Shown piece after piece: positions 19,116 to 28,218 of a stretch of DNA of 44,856 nt (positions within the stretch are counted from its first letter, which is position 1; each line of letters begins with the position of its first letter). This stretch comes from a bacterium (lineage in GTDB: Bacteria > JAMCPX01): the NCBI GenBank assembly GCA_037439545.1, contig JBBIVV010000015.1, forward strand, positions 5,460-50,315. The letters run 5' to 3'. The translations under genes were made by a program, and so were the position numbers. Under the pieces are notes generated by a model. The model was not told the origin of the DNA. It worked only from the letters and a program-made list of their open reading frames with translations, and ran no database searches.

Positions 19116-21875
19116 ATGGCACAAAAGATAAAGCGAATATACTTTTTTGCAAAAGGCAAAGCAGATGGCACGGCCGATATGAAGGACCTGCTCGGCGGTA
19201 AAGGAGCTGGCCTTGCTGAAATGACAAGGGCAGGGATACCTGTGCCGCCCGGTTTTACGATTCCCACAACCGTATGTCTGGAATACTTTAAAAAAGGGAT
19301 GAAGGTCCCGAAGAATCTCAAGGAAGATGTCAAGCAATCGGTAAAAAGACTGGAATCCGCTACCGGTAAAGGGTTCGGCAACAAAGACAATCCGTTACTT
19401 GTATCTGTCCGTTCGGGTGCGAAGTTCTCGATGCCCGGAATGATGGATACAATTCTCAATTTGGGACTTAATGATCTGACTGTTGCAGGACTTGCGGAAA
19501 AAACGGGGAATCAGCGGTTTGCCTATGATAGTTACAGAAGATTTATTTATATGTTCGGTGATGTCGTGCTTGGTATGGGAAAAAAGGTGTTCGAAGAGAT
19601 ATTTGAAGGTTATAAAAAGAAATTCAATGCAAAGGATGATACATCGGTACCGCCTGCTGCATTGAAGTCCGTTGTAGAAGATTTCAAGAGCATTATTAAA
19701 TCAAAAACAAAGATGGAATTCCCGCAGGATCCTTCTCAACAATTATTCATGGCAATCGAAGCGGTCTTCAAGTCATGGAACAACGACAGGGCAATATACT
19801 ACAGAAAACAGAACAATATCCCTGAGAATTTGGGCACAGCGGTAAATATTCAGACGATGGTGTTTGGCAATACGGGTGATAAATCCGCAACAGGTGTCGG
19901 ATTCACACGGAACCCTGCAACAGGTGAGAGAATGTTTTACGGAGAATACCTGACAAATGCACAGGGTGAAGATGTCGTAGCAGGCATACGGACGCCGAAA
20001 CAGATAGTAGAGCTTGCAAAGGAGATGCCGGCTGTCTTCAGACAGCTTAAAGAGATCACCACGAGGCTCGAGAAACACTACCGCGATGTTCAGGATTTTG
20101 AATTTACTGTCGAGAACGAGAAACTGTATATGCTTCAGACGAGGACAGGGAAACGGACGCCTCAGGCAGCCCTGAAAATCGCGGTCGATCTGGTAAGAGA
20201 AAGACTTATTACAAAAGAGCAGGCAATCAAAAGGATAGAACCCGATAAACTCGAACAGCTTCTCCACCCTGTTTTTGATCCAAAGGCAAAATACGAGGCA
20301 GTTGCAAAAGGGCTCGCAGCATCACCGGGTGCAGCATCAGGGATGGTCGTCCTCGATGCAAATAAGGCGGTAGAATGGTCTCAGAAAGGCGATGCTGTCG
20401 TCCTTTTAAGAGAGGAAACATCTCCCGACGATATTCACGGTATGGATGCATCAAAGGGTATTCTTACAAGACATGGAGGCATGACATCACACGCCGCTGT
20501 CGTAGCAAGACAGTACGGCAAGCCTGCTGTTGTCGGATGTGAGGCCCTGGAAATAGACGAGAAAACGCGCTCTGTAAAGGTAGGAGACAAACTTCTCAAA
20601 GAGGGCGATTTTATCTCTATAAATGGGACCACGGGAGAGGTAATCATAGGGAAAATACCGTTTGTTGACCCTGATCTTACCGGAGATTTTAAAACTATCA
20701 TGACGTGGGCCGATTCTTTAAGAAGACTCGGAGTCAGGGCAAATGCAGATACACCGAGAGATGCAAGCAGGGCAAGGGCATTCGGTGCACAGGGCATCGG
20801 TCTGTGCAGGACGGAACACATGTTTTTTGCCGAAGACAGATTAGGCATAATGCAAAAAATGATCCTGTCGGAAACAAGAGCGGAGAGACTTAAATTCCTC
20901 GATATGCTTCTTGTCATGCAAAAACAGGACTTTACAGGCATCCTCAAAGAGATGCAGGGGCTTCCTGTAACCATAAGACTTCTTGATCCGCCACTCCATG
21001 AATTCCTGCCGAAAAGAGAAGAACTTATGGTTGAGATAACAAAACTCGAACTGATGGGTAGTAATGCAGGGGTTTTGGCTGAAAAGAAGAAGCTGCTTGC
21101 ACGAGTCGAGGAACTCCATGAGTTCAACCCTATGCTCGGCCTGAGGGGAGCAAGACTTGGCATTATAATGCCTGACATAACAAGGATGCAGGTCAGGGCA
21201 ATAATAGAAGCAGCATGTGAGCTTATAGATAAAGGCATAAAAGTATATCCTGAAATTATGCTTCCTGTAATCAGCATGGTCGAGGAAATGCAGGCACAGA
21301 AGGCCATTGTTATGCAAACAGCCAATGAGGTAATGAAGAATAAAAACAAGAAGGTCAAGTTCCTTGTGGGTACTATGATAGAACTACCGAGAGCAGCCAT
21401 CACTGCCCAAGAGATTGCCAAGGAAGCAGAATTCTTTTCCTTTGGCACGAACGATCTAACTCAGACCACATACGGATTTTCAAGAGACGATGCGGGAAGG
21501 TTTATAAACTTCTATAGATCCTACTCCGAACATTGCCCCCTCTGCGGCGGCAGATTGAACAAAGACGGCGTATGCGAGGTATGCGGGTATCAGGTAACCG
21601 TGAAACCGCAGAACATACTTTCTTTCGATCCGTTTGCTACCATTGATGTAAAAGGCGTCGGTGAACTTGTCAGGATGGCGGTAGAAAAGGGCAGGAAAAC
21701 AAGACCTGACATAAAGCTTGGTATCTGTGGCGAGCATGGTGGAGACCCAATGACCATAAGTTTCTGTCATAACGCAGGCTTAACTTACGTGAGCTGCTCT
21801 CCGTACAGAATCCCTGTTGCAAGACTCGCTGCTGCTCAAGCATCGCTCGCATCAGAACAGAAAAAAAGAAAATAA
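19116..21875 (+). CDS. ppdK: Pyruvate, phosphate dikinase
   Basis: LLGGKGAGL, LLVSVRSGA..SMPGMMDT, GGMTSHAAVVAR (Thr/His site), GIGLCRTEHMF, SFGTNDLTQ, GICGEHGG. Confidence 0.99.
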   Translation: MAQKIKRIYFFAKGKADGTADMKDLLGGKGAGLAEMTRAGIPVPPGFTIPTTVCLEYFKKGMKVPKNLKEDVKQSVKRLESATGKGFGNKDNPLLVSVRSGAKFSMPGMMDTILNLGLNDLTVAGLAEKTGNQRFAYDSYRRFIYMFGDVVLGMGKKVFEEIFEGYKKKFNAKDDTSVPPAALKSVVEDFKSIIKSKTKMEFPQDPSQQLFMAIEAVFKSWNNDRAIYYRKQNNIPENLGTAVNIQTMVFGNTGDKSATGVGFTRNPATGERMFYGEYLTNAQGEDVVAGIRTPKQIVELAKEMPAVFRQLKEITTRLEKHYRDVQDFEFTVENEKLYMLQTRTGKRTPQAALKIAVDLVRERLITKEQAIKRIEPDKLEQLLHPVFDPKAKYEAVAKGLAASPGAASGMVVLDANKAVEWSQKGDAVVLLREETSPDDIHGMDASKGILTRHGGMTSHAAVVARQYGKPAVVGCEALEIDEKTRSVKVGDKLLKEGDFISINGTTGEVIIGKIPFVDPDLTGDFKTIMTWADSLRRLGVRANADTPRDASRARAFGAQGIGLCRTEHMFFAEDRLGIMQKMILSETRAERLKFLDMLLVMQKQDFTGILKEMQGLPVTIRLLDPPLHEFLPKREELMVEITKLELMGSNAGVLAEKKKLLARVEELHEFNPMLGLRGARLGIIMPDITRMQVRAIIEAACELIDKGIKVYPEIMLPVISMVEEMQAQKAIVMQTANEVMKNKNKKVKFLVGTMIELPRAAITAQEIAKEAEFFSFGTNDLTQTTYGFSRDDAGRFINFYRSYSEHCPLCGGRLNKDGVCEVCGYQVTVKPQNILSFDPFATIDVKGVGELVRMAVEKGRKTRPDIKLGICGEHGGDPMTISFCHNAGLTYVSCSPYRIPVARLAAAQASLASEQKKRK

Positions 21876-21902
21876 TTTCCAGCCGACAAAATCTTTAACC
21901 GG

Positions 21903-21936
21903 GTAAGGTGGGTGAAAATACCCACCAACACTTTTT
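21903..21936 (+). terminator. Hairpin after ppdK (terminator or REP-like)
   Basis: GGTGGGT-GAAAAT-ACCCACC, followed after 5 nt by a T-run. Confidence 0.55.
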
Positions 21937-22120
21937 ATCGTGCGACAGTACGTGTAAAGTATTAATAGTATCAATGGGTTATGGCTTTTAACTGTCTTAG
22001 GAATAAGCGCACCCAGATGGGTTAAAACACCCAATTGCAGTAATCCATGAGTACAATGGGGATGTTTGTTCATTCATGTACTCCATTGACTTTTATCCGG
22101 ATTTAAAATAAATTTTAACT

Positions 22121-23464
22121 ATGCGGAACGGAATCGTTAAAAGTATCATAGATAAATTTTTTCAGCTCTTTCTTATTAAGGAACTGGTGGAAATCAAAGG
22201 GCTCAGGCGTTTCTGGATACGGTGGACAAGGATATTCGCAATAGCAATTAAAGAGTTTTTCAGGAATAAATCCAGACTCAGGGCATCTGCACTCACCTAT
22301 GTTACCCTGGTTTCAATCGTTCCAGTCCTTGCATTTACTTTTTCCATAGGCAAGGGTCTTGGATTCCAGGATAAATTAAAGGATTTCTTAATCAATAAAG
22401 CTGCATCGAGTGTAACGTTGAATACCGATAATAGTGTCGGCGGAGTTTCTTTCGCGCTTGAGAAAATCTTTCATTACATAGAAAAAACGAACTTCGAGAC
22501 ACTTGGAGCAATAGGGGTAGTCATGCTTATCTATCTTGTGATCAGCCTGTTCGGGAACATTGAAAGTGCATTTAACGATATCTGGGGAGTTACGATACAG
22601 AGGAGTCTGATCAGGAAATTCAGCGACTATCTCAGTGTAATCATCATATTCCCTCTCTTTGTACTTATTGCTGCTACCTCTACGGCTGCACTTTCGAGCA
22701 GTAAGTTTCTTCAGATACTTTATAGTCAGGGGGCTCCTGGTCTTCTGGTCAAAATCATCCTCGGTTACTCATCTTATCTATTCCTATGGATAGCATTTTT
22801 TGCTCTCTACATGTTTATGCCGAATACAAAGGTAAAATTATCATCCGCCCTGATCAGTGGAATCATAGGTGGTACATCGTGGCAGATCATTCAGTGGGCT
22901 TATTTCCACTTTCAGGTGGGTATTTCGAAATATAATGTGATCTATTCAACACTGGCTGCCCTCCCGGTTTTTCTCGCGTGGCTTTATATGTCATGGCTCA
23001 TACTTTTGTTCGGTGCTGAACTGACTTTTGCCCATCAAATGGTAGAGAGCTACAGTTTTACCGATGCGGGTAAAAATTTTATAAAAAAAACAAAAGAGAT
23101 TCTTGCTCTTTCAATTGTAGGACTTATAGCCAGAAATTTCGTCGAAGGTAAGAAACCTCTCGACATAAAGCATTTATCGGATGAGGTCGGTGTAAAACCT
23201 GAAATTATCAAACCGATTGTCGATAACCTCTGCACGAAGGAGATAATCAACGCTTCTGACCCGAACAAAATTTACCTTTTATCCGTTTCTCCCGATAAGC
23301 TATCAACAATGCAGGTCCTGGACGCTGTTTCTGGCAGCGTTGAGTCGCACATTCATATAAACCGTATTAACCCTTCGGTGCTCAAGTTTTACACTGAAAT
23401 GGAAAAAACGACACGGGACAAATACAAAGAACATACCATTGCAGATATTATAAAGGAAAAATGA
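22121..23464 (+). CDS. YihY/BrkB-family membrane protein with C-terminal Rrf2-like winged helix
   Basis: RASALTYVTLVSIVP, IESAFNDIW, MPNTKV, YNVIYSTLAALPVFLAWLY.SW.ILLFGAE. Confidence 0.9.
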   Translation: MRNGIVKSIIDKFFQLFLIKELVEIKGLRRFWIRWTRIFAIAIKEFFRNKSRLRASALTYVTLVSIVPVLAFTFSIGKGLGFQDKLKDFLINKAASSVTLNTDNSVGGVSFALEKIFHYIEKTNFETLGAIGVVMLIYLVISLFGNIESAFNDIWGVTIQRSLIRKFSDYLSVIIIFPLFVLIAATSTAALSSSKFLQILYSQGAPGLLVKIILGYSSYLFLWIAFFALYMFMPNTKVKLSSALISGIIGGTSWQIIQWAYFHFQVGISKYNVIYSTLAALPVFLAWLYMSWLILLFGAELTFAHQMVESYSFTDAGKNFIKKTKEILALSIVGLIARNFVEGKKPLDIKHLSDEVGVKPEIIKPIVDNLCTKEIINASDPNKIYLLSVSPDKLSTMQVLDAVSGSVESHIHINRINPSVLKFYTEMEKTTRDKYKEHTIADIIKEK

Positions 23465-24615
23465 TAGGCATCGGTGTCAATACAGGCACTTCAGCAGATG
23501 CAATTGATATTGCATTCGTGGAGTTCCGAAACACGGTTCCTTGCCCTTTGATAAAACTTCTGTGGTCCGGCAGTTATCCCTACCCTGCTCCGCTCAAACA
23601 GTTATTCGCTAATTTGGTCGATTACACAAATACACTTACTCCATCGACATTCTTTGACATGGCGGGTAAGTTAGACTTTGGACTCGGCGTTGCATTTTCC
23701 CGTGCTATTAGAAAGGCGATAAAATCATCGGGTGTGAAGAAATCCGGCATTGCATTTATCGGCTCTCACGGCCAGACCGTATGGCATGCACCGCCAAACA
23801 AAAGACACGGGTCGGGCTTGTTTTTCACAGGAGCAACAATCCAGTTAGGTAACCCGTCTGTCGTTGCTGCCGGGACAGGCATACCTGTAATAGCCAATTT
23901 CAGGGATAAAGACATAGCACTGAAGGGCCAGGGTGCTCCGCTTGCGCCTGTATTGCACTTCGAGCTTTTCAAAGAGTATGCGCCGGCAATTGTCCTGAAC
24001 ATTGGGGGCATTGCGAATATAACCGTGATACCTTCACATTCGAATTTTTCTACAGTTTATGGCTTTGATACTGGACCCGGGAACAGGCTTATCGATATCG
24101 CTGTGGAAGCTTATACAAACGGAAAGAGATCGTTTGACCGGGGCGGCAGGCTTTCTGCACGAGGCTCTACAGATAATGTAATGCTCGATAAGCTCATGCG
24201 CGATGCATTTGTAAAAAAGCACCCTCCCAAGAGTACAGGCAGGGAACATTACAATAAGACCTCTCTTACATTGCAGGATATACCTCTCGATAATATCGAC
24301 ACAATTGCAACGCTTACCGCCTTCACAGCGCATTCCATTGTGTACAATATCAGACGGTTCGTCACACACAGAATCAAGTACATGATCGTTTGCGGCGGCG
24401 GTGCAAATAACCGTACGATTATAAAACACCTTTCGGAACTTTTACCGGATACAGGTGTTAAAACGGTCAGTGACCTCGGTTATGAACCGAATGCAATAGA
24501 ACCCATACTGTTCGCATACCTCGGCTATCTCGGGTTCAATAAAATGCCTGTGAATATGAAAAATGTAACGGGTTCATCGTCCGCATTTGTCCCGGGGGGG
24601 ATATATTATCCGTAA
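23461..24615 (+). CDS. anmK: Anhydro-N-acetylmuramic acid kinase
   Basis: GTSADAID, GSHGQTVWH, FRDKD...GQGAPL, NIGGIANIT, FDTGPGN, PKSTGRE, CGGGA.N. Confidence 0.96.
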   Translation: MIGIGVNTGTSADAIDIAFVEFRNTVPCPLIKLLWSGSYPYPAPLKQLFANLVDYTNTLTPSTFFDMAGKLDFGLGVAFSRAIRKAIKSSGVKKSGIAFIGSHGQTVWHAPPNKRHGSGLFFTGATIQLGNPSVVAAGTGIPVIANFRDKDIALKGQGAPLAPVLHFELFKEYAPAIVLNIGGIANITVIPSHSNFSTVYGFDTGPGNRLIDIAVEAYTNGKRSFDRGGRLSARGSTDNVMLDKLMRDAFVKKHPPKSTGREHYNKTSLTLQDIPLDNIDTIATLTAFTAHSIVYNIRRFVTHRIKYMIVCGGGANNRTIIKHLSELLPDTGVKTVSDLGYEPNAIEPILFAYLGYLGFNKMPVNMKNVTGSSSAFVPGGIYYP

Positions 24616-24627
24616 GTGTAATGGCGT

Positions 24628-24711
24628 TTACCCTGTGAGAAGCGCACACTATGAAGAGCCATATTACCCTGTGAGAAGATTATTTCTAAAATATAATACG
24701 CTTCTCAAGGG
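24628..24711. repeat. Direct plus inverted repeat cluster between convergent genes (MITE-like remnant or terminator)
   Basis: TTACCCTGTGAGAAG at 24628 and 24664; inverted copy CGCTTCTCAAGGG at 24699-24711. Confidence 0.7.
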
Positions 24712-24713
24712 GC

Positions 24714-26975
24714 TTACTTCTTCAGCCATTTGAGGTGCTTATGGGCTACGATGAGCAGTGCGGGAAAAACGGTTATCGATACGATGGAGCTGTAGATGAC
24801 CATGCTCGCGGACAGTATACCGAAGTAGATCATGGGAAGAAAACTCGATAACGTCAGCACTGAAAAATCTCCTACAAGCACTATAGCGCTGTTCAATATT
24901 GACCTGCCCGTTATGACAGTCGCTTCTTTCATAGCCGTTTCAATGGAATTGTTCTCACCTTGCTTGAACCGCATCCTGAAACCCATTACAAAATGTATGA
25001 TATAATCGACCCCCACACCAATGGTCATGCTCGCTATAAGTCCTGTTGCAACATTCAGAGGTATATGAAACAGCTCCATGATGCCGTAGTTGTAGGTCAC
25101 CTTTATCAAAAGCGGTGCAAGTGTTATCAATCCGCCAACCAGTGATTTGAATACAATAGAGAGCAAAAGGAAAACAGCTATAATGGATATATACAAGCTT
25201 GTCTCCTGGTTTTCTATTAGGTGCTTGTTGATTGTTATCATAAGCATGGGTGAGCCAGTCAAGGTAAAACGGATGTTCTTTGATTCTAACGGTTTAATCT
25301 TATCATTGATCTGTGCAACGATTTTTTCTATCTCATGATAACCGAATTTTCCTATTCTCGCCTGAATAACCGCCTGCTTTGAATCCGGCGTTATAAGCGT
25401 ATCGAGCATTTTCTGATCCGACATCGAATAAAGGAGCATGTACTGGGCAATGGCATTCTCCGAATCCGGCACTGTATGGAATGAAGGGTCGTTATCATGC
25501 ATCACCTGATTCATTTTCTTTATAAGGTCTGAAATGCTGAACGGATAATGAACGCCGTCTATCGTTTTCAATGCATCCTCGACTTTGGCCATTTTTCTCA
25601 TAACATCGGGTGATTTTATATTGCCGTCAACGAGGATCTGCAGTACGAATATGCCGCCGAAGTTCTTTACCGCCTTTGCTGACGTCTTCCTTACTTCCGA
25701 TCCTGGTTTAAAAAACTTTGTTATATCTGTTTCCGTGTTTATGGTTTTTATCCTGTAGAGAGCTATGAGCGCAATGCCAACCCCTATTATTAAAACAATG
25801 TATTTGTTTTTGTGTATTCCTGCAGAAAGCCTCTCCAGCAGATGATTAAACCTGCTTTTTCTGCTGATGACCTGTTCTTCCCTCCCCTTATGGCTGAGCG
25901 TGAGAAGTGCCGGTACCAGCGTAACTGAAATGAACATCGAAAACAGTATACCGATGCCTGCGAATATGCCCGCCTGTTTTACCTGAATTATTGTCGATGA
26001 CACATTGGCAAAGAAACCGATAGAAGTTATGAGTCCTATGAAAAGCATGGGGGTGCCGAGTTCTGTGATCATATTCCTCAATGCTTTTTCGTTGTTCTTC
26101 GTATGTTCAAGCAATTGATAATATCTCGTCATAATATGTATGCTGTATATGCTGCCGAGGGCGATAAGCAATGTCGGCATACCGACTGACAGCATGGTAA
26201 ACGGTGTATGTGTAATACCCATAATTCCTACGGTAAACACTATAGCTATCAATGCGGGAGTGAGTCTGAGGATAACGCTGATAAAATTGCGGAACATAAT
26301 GAACATGATGATAATATTGATAAGTATTGCAAGGGGCAGGAGCTTCCTGAGATCGGAATGTATTGCCTTGCTGATGATATCATTGTCGACCGGCACACCG
26401 ATAAGATAAACGTGCTCGGGTCCTTCATACGGTTGAATAATCCTGTGTATCGTATTTACCAGTACCTGGGGGTTCACATCCTTTTTGACCTGGCACAAAA
26501 TGGCAAGCGCATGAGCATCCGGTGACACAAGGTTGCCTAAATAGAGATTATTTGATACAGCCGTGTGTTTCAGATTGCGCAATGCCTGTTGATCATCAGG
26601 GATCGAATCGATGAACTTGGATATATCGAGCTCACCATGGCTTGCCTTTATGTCTTCGACATCCGTAAGGCTTTCCACCCTGTTGAGCTCGGGCAATGTT
26701 TTAAGCTTATCTGTTATTGCCTTCAGTTTTTGCAGACTCTGGCTGCTGAAAAGGTTGTCCCCTTCCATGACAACAAGGAAATAATCCGTGCCTCCGAATT
26801 TTTTTCCCATGTCATTGAAAAGCGTCACCTGCGGATCATGCGCCGGAAGTGTTTTCATGATATCATCCTCGACAGGAACGCCCATTGCAAAATAACCGGC
26901 TATAGCGGCAAGCATCGCAATAATTATAATGACACGCCAGGGATATTTTATTGACAGTTCAACTAATTTTTTCAT
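24714..26975 (-). CDS. MMPL/RND-superfamily transporter (predicted lipid exporter)
   Basis: Two repeats of TM + periplasmic loop + 5 TM; IGVGVDYIIHF motif; start MKKLVE. Confidence 0.9.
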   Translation of the reverse strand: MKKLVELSIKYPWRVIIIIAMLAAIAGYFAMGVPVEDDIMKTLPAHDPQVTLFNDMGKKFGGTDYFLVVMEGDNLFSSQSLQKLKAITDKLKTLPELNRVESLTDVEDIKASHGELDISKFIDSIPDDQQALRNLKHTAVSNNLYLGNLVSPDAHALAILCQVKKDVNPQVLVNTIHRIIQPYEGPEHVYLIGVPVDNDIISKAIHSDLRKLLPLAILINIIIMFIMFRNFISVILRLTPALIAIVFTVGIMGITHTPFTMLSVGMPTLLIALGSIYSIHIMTRYYQLLEHTKNNEKALRNMITELGTPMLFIGLITSIGFFANVSSTIIQVKQAGIFAGIGILFSMFISVTLVPALLTLSHKGREEQVISRKSRFNHLLERLSAGIHKNKYIVLIIGVGIALIALYRIKTINTETDITKFFKPGSEVRKTSAKAVKNFGGIFVLQILVDGNIKSPDVMRKMAKVEDALKTIDGVHYPFSISDLIKKMNQVMHDNDPSFHTVPDSENAIAQYMLLYSMSDQKMLDTLITPDSKQAVIQARIGKFGYHEIEKIVAQINDKIKPLESKNIRFTLTGSPMLMITINKHLIENQETSLYISIIAVFLLLSIVFKSLVGGLITLAPLLIKVTYNYGIMELFHIPLNVATGLIASMTIGVGVDYIIHFVMGFRMRFKQGENNSIETAMKEATVITGRSILNSAIVLVGDFSVLTLSSFLPMIYFGILSASMVIYSSIVSITVFPALLIVAHKHLKWLKK

Positions 26976-27029
26976 AACTGAGCATATAGATGATAAATTT
27001 TCACAATGCAAGCAATACGAATCAATATT

Positions 27030-28217
27030 TCATCTGAAGATGAACAATGACACGATTATGCCCATGATCAAAAGTATTACAGGATTTATCTTTGTATAAA
27101 CAAAAAATACAAGAGACCCCAGGGCGAACAAAGCTGTTTTATAATCTGTGATATTAGTTTTTGCCAGTTGGGCCACGACAAGGGCGAGCAGGCCTATGAA
27201 GGATGCAAGTATTCCTTTTAATGCCGACAATACCCATGTATTATCTTTATACCTTATAAAAGGTTTGGCAACCAGTGCCACGAGTATGGTTGACGGCATG
27301 AATATGGATGCGGTAGCGGTAAGCGCTCCCAAAAACCCGCCCACCTTATACCCTATAAATGTAGCGGTAATGACAACGGGTCCCGGTGTTATCTGTCCCA
27401 TGACAATACCGTCTGAAAACTCCTTTGGTGTCAGCCAGTGATAGGTGCTGACGACCTCTTTGGAAATAAACGGCAGCATGGTATATCCGTTCCCGAATGT
27501 CAACAGCCCTATTTTAAACAGGTTACCGTTCATGAGTGCGATGTCGGGAGAAATGTAATACAGGGTCGTGTTTATAACTATGAGCGACAGCGTAAGCCAT
27601 ACTGCCCACATATTGTTTTTCACAAACGAGACTATGTCCTTCGGAGGAGGCAATTGCACACGGACGCCCTTGAAATCCAGATCGCGGGTGTATATGCCGT
27701 ATGCGAACATGACGACTATGCCGGCGGCAAGGATCAATACGATATTTACATCGAGCGACAGGAGTAAAAGGGCCAATGCGGATACAGCGAGACAGAGGGG
27801 ATTCTTGACCCCTGTTTTGTATATATCGATCATTACCTTTATTATAAGCGCTATCATAATGGCAGAAAGTCCCCGCAGCATCTTCTGGATCAGGGAAAGC
27901 TGTCCGTACTTCATATAGAGGACGCTCAAAAGAATCATGAGCAGGAACGACGGAGCTATAAAAAACATCATGGCAAGAAATGCACCTTTGGTCTTTCTGA
28001 TCAAAAAGCCGAGGTATGACACAAAATCGACAAATACGGCACCCGGCATGACCTCGCCGACAGCAATCCCCTCTGTTATATCTTTATTTTCGAGTAACTT
28101 CAGTTTTTCGACAAACTCCGTCCTTGCAAGCGTATACACCATGGGGCCGTAAGAAAACCCGATATAAAAGAAATATTTCCACAGTGTATGCCATGCGGTC
28201 AGCATTTTTTTTATCAC
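27030..28217 (-). CDS. chrA: Long-chain CHR (chromate ion transporter) family protein
   Basis: Two homologous halves; VMPGA and ITPGPV motifs; FKIGLLTFGNGY; GYKVGGFLGA...FMPS. Confidence 0.85.
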   Translation of the reverse strand: MIKKMLTAWHTLWKYFFYIGFSYGPMVYTLARTEFVEKLKLLENKDITEGIAVGEVMPGAVFVDFVSYLGFLIRKTKGAFLAMMFFIAPSFLLMILLSVLYMKYGQLSLIQKMLRGLSAIMIALIIKVMIDIYKTGVKNPLCLAVSALALLLLSLDVNIVLILAAGIVVMFAYGIYTRDLDFKGVRVQLPPPKDIVSFVKNNMWAVWLTLSLIVINTTLYYISPDIALMNGNLFKIGLLTFGNGYTMLPFISKEVVSTYHWLTPKEFSDGIVMGQITPGPVVITATFIGYKVGGFLGALTATASIFMPSTILVALVAKPFIRYKDNTWVLSALKGILASFIGLLALVVAQLAKTNITDYKTALFALGSLVFFVYTKINPVILLIMGIIVSLFIFR

Positions 28218-28218
28218 G

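Noticed and set aside
20435..21448. 337-aa antisense ORF in ppdK, and similar shadows in leuS, ptsI and comM
   Set aside because: They mirror conserved sense genes and show no motifs or translation signals.
21519..21611. Intein in PPDK
   Set aside because: Far too short and lacks the C-terminal His-Asn splice motif; reported as a zinc-ribbon-like insertion instead.
24628..24678. CRISPR-like repeat-spacer-repeat
   Set aside because: Only two 15-bp repeats with a 21-bp spacer, and no cas genes.
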